From the NCBI GenBank assembly GCA_002010065.2, contig MTMD02000005.1:1-64000 (forward strand): a DNA stretch of 64,000 nt. The letters run 5' to 3'. How positions within the stretch are numbered: position 1 is the stretch's first letter; the number at the start of each line of letters is the position of its first letter. The position numbers and the translations under genes were made by a program. This DNA is from Candidatus Pyrohabitans jungbluthii (GTDB lineage Archaea; Hydrothermarchaeota; Hydrothermarchaeia; Hydrothermarchaeales; BMS3B). The notes beneath the pieces are model-generated. The model saw nothing but the letters and a program-made list of their open reading frames with translations. It made no database searches and was not told the DNA's origin. This document shows, piece by piece, positions 18,951 to 26,177 of this stretch.

Positions 18951-19001
18951 ACCCAAGGCTGACCCACGCGGGATGATATTCGTCTGGAGCGCTGAGGAAC
19001 C
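18933..19001 (+). ncRNA. Box C/D guide sRNA
   Basis: Terminal stem GGTTCC/GGAACC, box C ATGATGA 18940-18946, D' CTGA 18959-18962, C' GGATGA 18971-18976, D CTGA 18992-18995. Confidence 0.8.
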
Positions 19002-19027
19002 ATACAGAAATTTAAACCTATGGTTGC

Positions 19028-19124
19028 AGGAGGTCTCGCCAGTTCCTACGGAACTGACTTCGACTTCCTCACCGACGTTCGGAAAGTAATAGGAACCCGC
19101 AGGTGGTTCCTATTTTGGGAGGTG
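19028..19124 (+). promoter_or_regulatory. Structured multi-hairpin leader upstream of the CBS gene
   Basis: Stems AGGAGG/CTTCCT, CAGTTCC/GGAACTG, CCGA/TCGG and AATAGGAACC/GGTTCCTATT directly before SD GGAGGTG. Confidence 0.5.
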
Positions 19125-19129
19125 TTTAG

Positions 19130-19531
19130 GTGAGAGCGGGTGATATAATGAATCGCAAGGTGGTTACCGTTTCTCCCCACGCCAGCGTGAGGGAGGCGGC
19201 TCGTTTGATGAGGGAGCACAACATCGGCACCCTCGTGGTGGTGGACGATGGGTACCCGGTGGGGATAATTACTGAGCGCGATCTTGCCACGCGCGTTGTG
19301 GCACTAGATTTGAGCGGAGATACCCCTGTGGAGGATGTGATGAGCACTCAACTTATCACTGTGAGTGAGTCTACGAGCATTGAGAATGTGCTGGACACAA
19401 TGCAGAAGCATGGTTTCAGAAGGCTACCCGTGCTGAAAGACGGCAAACTTGTGGGCATTCTTACTCTTCGCGACATCCTTAGCGCCAGAAAGCTGGATAG
19501 GCAGGTGCTTAAGAAAATTATAAGGGTGTAG
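19130..19531 (+). CDS. CBS-domain pair protein
   Basis: Two CBS repeats: GIITERD, RRLPV..GKLVGIL. Confidence 0.92.
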   Translation: MRAGDIMNRKVVTVSPHASVREAARLMREHNIGTLVVVDDGYPVGIITERDLATRVVALDLSGDTPVEDVMSTQLITVSESTSIENVLDTMQKHGFRRLPVLKDGKLVGILTLRDILSARKLDRQVLKKIIRV

Positions 19532-19635
19532 CTTCGTCACCCGCAGCTATGCTGCAGGTAACTGCGCTAACTTTTCTGTTAATTTTTATTTGGTCAGGAA
19601 AGTATGAAAATTCCTGCTTTTATCATTTGTATATT

Positions 19636-19653
19636 TGTAAAATTAATTTTACA
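19636..19653. promoter_or_regulatory. Perfect 18-bp palindrome, putative operator
   Basis: TGTAAAATTAATTTTACA upstream of the DUF4870 gene. Confidence 0.45.
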
Positions 19654-19753
19654 TTCTGGAGGACGTAAAAATGTAAGCAAACGCGCCTTTATTCTAAGAA
19701 AGCGAAAACATTATATCCCACCATTCTAAAAGCTATAAAAGGAGGTGGAAGGA

Positions 19754-20104
19754 ATGGGTGAGAAGACAAGCACAGGTTTAGACGAGAATATCGCAGGTTT
19801 GCTCTGCTACCTTTTGGGCGTTATAACCGGAATTATCTTCTATGTGATCGAAAAGGAGAATAAATTTGTCAGATTCCATGCGATGCAGAGCATTGTCGTG
19901 TTTGGGTCGATATTGATTATAAATTGGGTGGTCATTCCTATAGTGATGATGATTCCAATTTTGGGCTGGGTGATTGGCATGCTGCTCGGCCTTGTGGTAT
20001 TCATAGTTTCAATAGTGCTGTGGGTACTGCTGATGTACAAGGCTTATAAGGGAGAGAAATACAAGGTGCCATTCGCAGGAGATTTTGCAGAGAAGTATGT
20101 GTGA
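19754..20104 (+). CDS. DUF4870-family membrane protein
   Basis: GLDENIAGLLCY, FVRFHAMQS, KAYKGE.YKVP. Confidence 0.88.
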   Translation: MGEKTSTGLDENIAGLLCYLLGVITGIIFYVIEKENKFVRFHAMQSIVVFGSILIINWVVIPIVMMIPILGWVIGMLLGLVVFIVSIVLWVLLMYKAYKGEKYKVPFAGDFAEKYV

Positions 20105-20113
20105 GGTGAAAAC

Positions 20114-20635
20114 ATGGGAAAGGCCTGGATTTTTGCAGCATTCTTTGCTCTGCTCCTTTTCGCGGGCTGTACCGGCGGTGGTAAGGGCGGAGGAGAGGCA
20201 GGCCTGCCCGGCGGCATTGGCGAAGAAGTAAGCGAAAAAGTGAGAGAGGAGATTGAGACCGCGACGGACGAGGACTGGTGTGTAAGGGGTGCATACTGGC
20301 AGTGGATGAATCCGCAGACGGGAGAGAGCGCTCAGCTTGTTGTCCAGGGAATCGTAGACCATGAGGGCAGAAAAACCTGCAAGGCTGTGCTGGAAGGAAG
20401 ATCAGCAGGAGAATACGCAAGGTGGGAGGGTTACTTCAGCAGGAATGGGGAATACACTCACATGCTCTTCTACGACGAGCAGGATAGGCTGAGATTGGAG
20501 TGGAAGATGGAAGAGGGAAGAGTTACAATCAGACAGTACGACGAGCAGGGCAACCTCGTGGGCGAATACACCATGGGGGAAGGCATGCCCATGCCCGGGA
20601 TGGGAGGAATGCCTATACCGATGCCGGGTCAGTAA
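20114..20635 (+). CDS. Hypothetical lipoprotein
   Basis: Signal peptide with FAGC lipobox, Gly linker, Pro/Met-rich tail. Confidence 0.75.
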   Translation: MGKAWIFAAFFALLLFAGCTGGGKGGGEAGLPGGIGEEVSEKVREEIETATDEDWCVRGAYWQWMNPQTGESAQLVVQGIVDHEGRKTCKAVLEGRSAGEYARWEGYFSRNGEYTHMLFYDEQDRLRLEWKMEEGRVTIRQYDEQGNLVGEYTMGEGMPMPGMGGMPIPMPGQ

Positions 20636-20699
20636 AGAGAGCCTCTTCTCTTTTTCTTCTTTTTGAATTCTTGCCCTCGCCAGCCTTAGAGATAATGCT

Positions 20700-22268
20700 A
20701 TGCAAACCTGGCGGTTGCTGGACACAGGCAAGCGGAGCGCCGCTGAGAACTTAGCTTTGGACGAGGCGCTGCTTCTTGCGAGGGCGAGGCATTCTTCGCC
20801 TAACACGCTGCGTTTTCTTCAGTTCTCGCCCCACGCCGCGCTTGTGGGGTTTCATCAGAGTGTTGAACTGGAGATTCGCGAGGATTTTTGCAAACAGGCG
20901 GGCATAGATATAAACCGCCGCATTACCGGGGGAGGAGCGCTGTACTTCGACGAGTCGCAGCTCGGATGGGAGATTATCGCCCCTCGAGGCTATGAAGCTT
21001 TTCCGAAACGTGTGGAGGAGCTCTACGAGGTGATATGTAAAGGAGCAGTTCGCGGATTGAAAAACCTCGGGATAAACGCAAGCTTCCGTCCGAAGAACGA
21101 CATAGAGGTCAACGGAAGGAAGATATCTGGCACAGGAGGGGCACTTGAGGAGGACGTCTTTCTGTTCCAGGGCACGCTGCTCATGGATTTCGACGTCGAA
21201 ACCATGCTGAAGGCGCTGCGCATACCCACGGAGAAGCTCAAGGACAAGGAGATAGAATCGGTGAAGGAGCGCGTTACCTGCGTTAAGTGGGAGCTTGGCT
21301 ACGTGCCGCCTCTGGAGGAGGTGAAGCGCGCTCTCATGCTTGGGTTTGCCCAGGAGTTTAACCTGCGCTTCGAGGAAGGCGAGCTTACCCGACCCGAAGA
21401 AGAACTTTACGCGAAGCTTCTACCAAAGTTTAAATCGCAGGCTTGGGTTTACGGCGTTCGCCGTGCGCCAGAGCAGCGAGCCACGCTGCGCGCTGCGAAA
21501 AAAACTCCGGGTGGGCTTATTCGTGCCCAGCTAGTGGTGGACGCAAAGAATGAGCGCATTCACTTTGCTCTAATCACTGGCGACTTTTTCGCCTACCCAA
21601 AGCGGGCCATCCTCGACCTTGAGGCTAGGCTTAAGGATGCGAGCGCTGCACCAGAGGAAGTAGAGGCTACAATAAGGCGCTTCTTCTCTGAGCGAGAGGT
21701 TGAGATCCCCGGTGCGAGCGTGGACGACTTTGTTGAGGTGGTGCTGACAGCGCTTGCCAAGCTCAGGCTGAAGAAGTATGGCATCGACATAGAGGAGGCG
21801 AATCGGGTATTTACAGTGGTGGAGGACTTTGAGGGCATTGCTAAGCCAAAGGCGCTGCTTTTACCCTACTGCGCCAAGGCAAAGGACTGCGACCTTAGAT
21901 ATAAAAACGCTTGCAGAAAGTGCGGGCGCTGCACTGTTGGCAGAGCGTATGAGCTGGCGGACGAGCTGGGCTTAGAGGCGATTACCATTGTGAACTACGA
22001 GCACCTGGAGGAGACGCTTCGCAGCCTGCGCGAGCGCGGCGTCGACTCTTTCATCGGCACGTGCTGCGAGAGCTTCTTCATAAAGCATCAGCGCGACTTT
22101 GAGCGCCTTGGCTTGAAGGGGGTGCTCGTGGATATAGACAACACCACCTGCTACGACCTTGGCAAGGTGAGGGAGGCGAAGAAGGGCAGGTTCAGGGAGG
22201 AGACGACGCTTAAGCTTGAACTTCTTGAGAAGGTGTTGAGGTTGAAGGTAGACCAGGGCAACTCCTAA
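20700..22268 (+). CDS. Lipoate-protein ligase fused to a Cys-rich DUF116-like domain
   Basis: NLALDE, RRITGGGA, NDI..GRKISG, GDFF; C-terminal LPYC..C..CxxCGxC..GTCC. Confidence 0.85.
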   Translation: MQTWRLLDTGKRSAAENLALDEALLLARARHSSPNTLRFLQFSPHAALVGFHQSVELEIREDFCKQAGIDINRRITGGGALYFDESQLGWEIIAPRGYEAFPKRVEELYEVICKGAVRGLKNLGINASFRPKNDIEVNGRKISGTGGALEEDVFLFQGTLLMDFDVETMLKALRIPTEKLKDKEIESVKERVTCVKWELGYVPPLEEVKRALMLGFAQEFNLRFEEGELTRPEEELYAKLLPKFKSQAWVYGVRRAPEQRATLRAAKKTPGGLIRAQLVVDAKNERIHFALITGDFFAYPKRAILDLEARLKDASAAPEEVEATIRRFFSEREVEIPGASVDDFVEVVLTALAKLRLKKYGIDIEEANRVFTVVEDFEGIAKPKALLLPYCAKAKDCDLRYKNACRKCGRCTVGRAYELADELGLEAITIVNYEHLEETLRSLRERGVDSFIGTCCESFFIKHQRDFERLGLKGVLVDIDNTTCYDLGKVREAKKGRFREETTLKLELLEKVLRLKVDQGNS

Positions 22269-22412
22269 TACGACTACATATAAAGACATTTTGTTGGAGA
22301 GGGCAGAATGTTTTCTGCAGAGCCCGTTATACTCCCTCGGTGAACTCACTCAACCTCAGATTCGCAAACCCCAGGGCAACATATTTATTCCCCCTCTGCA
22401 TCTCTTTAAGCT

Positions 22413-24152
22413 ATGGCAGCGATGGAAGAGGACCACCTGGAGTTCCAGCTGAAACAGGTTAACCCTGAGGAGACGCTGGAGGAGCAGTTTGTTAGAAACA
22501 AGCAGACCTACCTGTTCTACAAGTTAGCGTGGATACAGGAATTCTTTGATAAAAAGAAGCTCGCACAGGAGCTGGCTTTTCTGGTTATGATGATATACAT
22601 CTACGACTTTATAGACCGCCTTGGCATGCGCTTCGCTGATCGAATTCTCAACTTCCTGTCCTTTACAGGCTGGCCACTGGACAAGTTCCGCTCCCTTATG
22701 GGACTCAACCTTGAAGCCAAGATAGCCATGGCTGTTGCGCTTGAGTATCCCGAGAAAACCCAGGAGGAGCAGGAGAAGATTGTAGAGCTGGTAACCACCG
22801 CCTACTCATGGCTCGGTTTGGCGAGGGAGCAGGAGTGGGACATTGCTCGCGTTGTAAAGCAGAAGCGATGGCTGTACTCGCTTCTCAACTCAGAGCCGGA
22901 GCAGAAGCGCCGCGAGCTCATTGAGAAGCTGCGCGAGGAGGGAGGAAAGCGAGTAGAGCTCAACCTTGTGAACATCGGCATAGTGCCCACCGAGCTATGC
23001 CCCAACAGGTGCCGCTTCTGCTTGGCGGCGTGGAAGGCGAGTTGCGAGGAGAGGATAGGGCGAAGCATAAGCGAAGAGGAGTTTGAGGTTATAGCGGACG
23101 AGGTTATAAACTTCGCCGACGAGCACTCGCTCATCGTTACGGTAACCGGCGGCGAGCCGTTCTTAGAGCTGGAACGTGTGCTCTACCTAGTGAAGCATGC
23201 ACGCTCTCGCTTGGATATAACCACCAGCGCCTACTGGGCTCGCGATATTGGCAAAGCTAGGGAGATCTTGGCAAAGCTGCGCGATGCCGCGAAGGAAAAC
23301 CGCAATGAGAACTTCAAGTTCACGTTGCAGGTTAGCCTGGACGCCTTCCATCAGGAGGTGTTCTTTGAGAAGGGCGAGTTTGTGCAGAACGTGCCCATAG
23401 AGTGCATAATTAACCTGCTGAAGCTGACGCAGGAGGAGTTCCCGGAGATTGAGGTGGTGCTTCTTACCAAGCTTACATCCTACGAGGATCCCCTTGCAAG
23501 GCTCATAAAGCTGCTGGAGAAGCAGGGGATGAAGGTCAAGCTTACGCGAAAGGTGACTCAGCCCGGGGTGACTGTGAGCCTCCTGGACGAGGAGCGCAAT
23601 CTCGTAGCGAAGCCTGCGCTGCTCAAGGCTTACCTCGAGTTTGAGGGTACTGAGGGCAAGCCGGTGCTTATCTTCTACACTGTCGTGGAGAGCATGGGCA
23701 AGGCCTCAGCGCTGGACGCCTTCGAGTTTCCTGGATTCAGAGAGCAGGTGCAGGAGCTTCTCAAGGGCAAGAGTGAGATTAAGCTTCCGCTTATAGGCCT
23801 CGAGGTGAGCGACGACGGCAACGTTTACCCTGGGGCACATTCCCTCTACGCGTGGAGCGCTGGCAACCTCCTCGAAGAGGGATTAGAGGATATATATGAG
23901 CGCCTGAGCTATGACCCTCTCATAATCGCCCTCGCCGAAGCACCAGAGAAGATTTTCGCAATAGCAAAGGAGGTGGAGGGCGAACGTATTGACGTGATTG
24001 CCGTGAAGGAGTCCTCACCTTTAGCGGCGGCGTACAAGATTTTAGAAGCCCCCTGGATGCGCCTGTATATCACGCGACGCCTTCTCGGTGAGCCTCAGGA
24101 TAAGGCACAGGAGGAGTACCAGAAATACAAGGAGGAGTACCGCCCAGAATAA
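22413..24152 (+). CDS. Radical SAM protein with a long N-terminal helical extension
   Basis: CPNRCRFC, TGGEPF, VSLDAFH. Confidence 0.85.
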   Translation: MAAMEEDHLEFQLKQVNPEETLEEQFVRNKQTYLFYKLAWIQEFFDKKKLAQELAFLVMMIYIYDFIDRLGMRFADRILNFLSFTGWPLDKFRSLMGLNLEAKIAMAVALEYPEKTQEEQEKIVELVTTAYSWLGLAREQEWDIARVVKQKRWLYSLLNSEPEQKRRELIEKLREEGGKRVELNLVNIGIVPTELCPNRCRFCLAAWKASCEERIGRSISEEEFEVIADEVINFADEHSLIVTVTGGEPFLELERVLYLVKHARSRLDITTSAYWARDIGKAREILAKLRDAAKENRNENFKFTLQVSLDAFHQEVFFEKGEFVQNVPIECIINLLKLTQEEFPEIEVVLLTKLTSYEDPLARLIKLLEKQGMKVKLTRKVTQPGVTVSLLDEERNLVAKPALLKAYLEFEGTEGKPVLIFYTVVESMGKASALDAFEFPGFREQVQELLKGKSEIKLPLIGLEVSDDGNVYPGAHSLYAWSAGNLLEEGLEDIYERLSYDPLIIALAEAPEKIFAIAKEVEGERIDVIAVKESSPLAAAYKILEAPWMRLYITRRLLGEPQDKAQEEYQKYKEEYRPE

Positions 24153-24214
24153 TAAAATTATTCTATTTTGTATTACTATTTCCTAAATTTCCCCATTTCA
24201 ATACGTAATGGCAC

Positions 24215-24227
24215 AAAGTTATAAATA
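24215..24227 (+). promoter_or_regulatory. BRE/TATA promoter of the peptide gene
   Basis: AAAGTTATAAATA about 35-45 nt upstream of ATG 24261. Confidence 0.55.
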
Positions 24228-24260
24228 TCCCACAGAATCAAAAATAGTCAGGGTGATTAA

Positions 24261-24329
24261 ATGAAAATCGTGAAGAAGGAGAAGAAAGTCGCATATGCGA
24301 CCTGCAAGTGTCACAAGAGCTGCATGTAG
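24261..24329 (+). CDS. 22-aa Cys-rich putative RiPP precursor peptide
   Basis: MKIVKKEKKVAYATCKCHKSCM*; GGGTGA RBS, own TATA box, T-tract after the stop. Confidence 0.8.
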   Translation: MKIVKKEKKVAYATCKCHKSCM

Positions 24330-24330
24330 C

Positions 24331-24348
24331 TCTTTTTCTTTTATTTTT
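24331..24348 (+). terminator. Oligo-T tract, probable leaky terminator
   Basis: TCTTTTTCTTTTATTTTT immediately after the peptide stop. Confidence 0.55.
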
Positions 24349-24359
24349 GAGGTGATGGC

Positions 24360-24500
24360 ATGGACTTAACCGAAGAGATTCGAGCGAGAGTGTGCAAGCG
24401 CTGCGACTTCTACAAAGAGGGTGAAACTCTAGAGTGCGCCGCCTTTAAGACGGCAAAGCGCTTGGTTGAGCAGGGCAGGATTAGTTTGGACGAGATATAA
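24360..24500 (+). CDS. 46-aa Cys-containing accessory protein
   Basis: MDLTEEIRARVCKRCDFYKEGETLECAAFKTAKRLVEQGRISLDEI*; GAGGTGA RBS. Confidence 0.75.
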   Translation: MDLTEEIRARVCKRCDFYKEGETLECAAFKTAKRLVEQGRISLDEI

Positions 24501-24513
24501 ACTGCGCATTGCC

Positions 24514-25695
24514 ATGTACCCCAGACTTAAGAACTGTGTGCTTCGCGCAGGCGAGGGCTATTTTCTTTACAACTACGTTGAGGATGAGGTTTACGAGCTT
24601 GACCTCGAAGCGATGGAGCTGCTGCGCCGCTTCACAGGGAAAAACAGCCTCGAAGCTCTTGCCCGTGAATTTGGAGAGAAAGAGGTAAGGGAGGCGGTGG
24701 AGTACCTTCTGAGCGAGGGGTGCCTCGTTGATGAGCGTTGCGAGGATGCGCCGCAAAGCTTCGCCGTCGAGGGCTTTACACCATCGCTGCGCTACCTCCA
24801 GCTTCACATCACAGAGCGGTGCAACTTAGCATGCAGGCACTGCTACCTGGGCGAGAAGTCGCAGGTTGATCTGCCCAAGGAGCTGGCGTTTAAGGCTGTG
24901 GAGGAGTTCTCCAGCTTTGGATGGAAGCTTTTAATCACAGGGGGCGAGCCCCTGCTTTCCCCATACTTCTGGAAGCTGGCAAGCTTCGCTTCTCGCCAAG
25001 GGGTACGCGTGGTGGTGCTCACCAACGGCACGCTTGTCAGCGAAGCTACGGCGAAGAAGCTGGCTGAGCATGTGCATGAGGTGCAGATTAGTTTAGACGG
25101 CATTAAGCGTGGGCATGAAGTGCTACGTGGAGAGGGAAGTTTCGCCAAAGCTGTGCGCGGAATAAGGGCGGCGAGCAAATATATGAGGGTGAGTGTTGCT
25201 ACCATGATTCACCGGGAGAATCTAAAAGAATTCCCGCAGCTTGAGAAGCTTGTTAAAAGCCTGGGTGTAGAGGAGTGGAGCCTGGATGTACCCTCGCCGA
25301 AGGGGAGTCTGCTGGAAAATACAGAGCTTCTTCCACCCCGCGAAGAGGCGGCGCGGATATACTCGAGGTACGGCTTCTCCTCAGGCGTGCATGAGGGCAG
25401 CGCCGACTATGCGTGCGGCGCTCATCTGTGTTCAGTCAATGTCAAGGGCGAGGTGACGAAGTGCGGATTCTTTGAGCGCGGAGTGGGCAACCTTGCAGAA
25501 ATTTCACTTAAGGAGGGCTGGGAGAGGATAGTTGAGAACTACCTGCCAAAGCTGAGCGAACTCGCTTGTGCAGGTTGCAAATACCTCAGCGCCTGCAGGG
25601 GCGGGTGCAGATTCAGGGCGCTAAGCGAGGGAGACTTTTGGGGCAAAGATAGCTTTCTATGCCTTCTCCACTCAAAGATGCACAGTCTTCAGTGA
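24514..25695 (+). CDS. Radical SAM/SPASM peptide maturase with N-terminal PqqD/RRE-like domain
   Basis: N-terminal YFLYN..EVYELD..helices; CNLACRHC; ITGGEP; SPASM C..C..GEVTKC..CAGC..CRGGC..C. Confidence 0.85.
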   Translation: MYPRLKNCVLRAGEGYFLYNYVEDEVYELDLEAMELLRRFTGKNSLEALAREFGEKEVREAVEYLLSEGCLVDERCEDAPQSFAVEGFTPSLRYLQLHITERCNLACRHCYLGEKSQVDLPKELAFKAVEEFSSFGWKLLITGGEPLLSPYFWKLASFASRQGVRVVVLTNGTLVSEATAKKLAEHVHEVQISLDGIKRGHEVLRGEGSFAKAVRGIRAASKYMRVSVATMIHRENLKEFPQLEKLVKSLGVEEWSLDVPSPKGSLLENTELLPPREEAARIYSRYGFSSGVHEGSADYACGAHLCSVNVKGEVTKCGFFERGVGNLAEISLKEGWERIVENYLPKLSELACAGCKYLSACRGGCRFRALSEGDFWGKDSFLCLLHSKMHSLQ

Positions 25696-26069
25696 CCCCT
25701 CATAGCCACTGCTTTCTTAAACTCTTCCCAGCCTATGGCAACATCTAACGTATACCCCTCCCCTGCCATTGCCTTCATCATGTTCATAACCTTCTCTCTG
25801 AGTTTTTCCTTCCCAAGCTCTTCCACCTCCTCATGCTCCTCCGGGAAGTAGTAAACCATGAGCCTCTCCCCCATGTCGTGGTAAAGCAGGGGAATTTCAT
25901 AGCGATTGAGCTTTCCGCACCTCTCACAGGCAGCGATATTGAGTTCCTGTTTGAAGAGTTTACCCTTCAGCTCCGGGTCGAGGGTGACATTTACGCTGTG
26001 GTAAAGCGCAGCCTCAACCTCGCTCCCGCACCACCCGCATTTCAGTTTGTAAACCCCAACCTGAGTCAT
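25689..26069 (-). CDS. CpXC-domain protein
   Basis: CGWCG..SVNVTLDPEL..CERCG..PLLYHD. Confidence 0.8.
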   Translation of the reverse strand: MTQVGVYKLKCGWCGSEVEAALYHSVNVTLDPELKGKLFKQELNIAACERCGKLNRYEIPLLYHDMGERLMVYYFPEEHEEVEELGKEKLREKVMNMMKAMAGEGYTLDVAIGWEEFKKAVAMRGH

Positions 26070-26177
26070 ATCTCAGCCTCCCATAGCTATATGTTATTGG
26101 TGCTTGCTTATATAAAATTTTAAAAGGAGTCCATCACAACAACTGGCCCTTAAAAGGCATGAGAAAAACAAAGAGGA

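Noticed and set aside
20573-20632. ATGCCC/ATGGG repeats
   Set aside because: They simply encode a low-complexity Met/Pro/Gly tail, not a DNA repeat element.
24466-24513. TTG start of the 409-aa ORF
   Set aside because: It overlaps the 46-aa ORF; ATG at 24514 is more plausible.
22413-25695. The two radical SAM genes as LipS1/LipS2 lipoyl synthase or Ahb heme enzymes
   Set aside because: Sizes and domain layouts do not fit as far as I can judge, and the RRE-like domain plus adjacent peptide favour a peptide maturase; not excluded without an HMM search.
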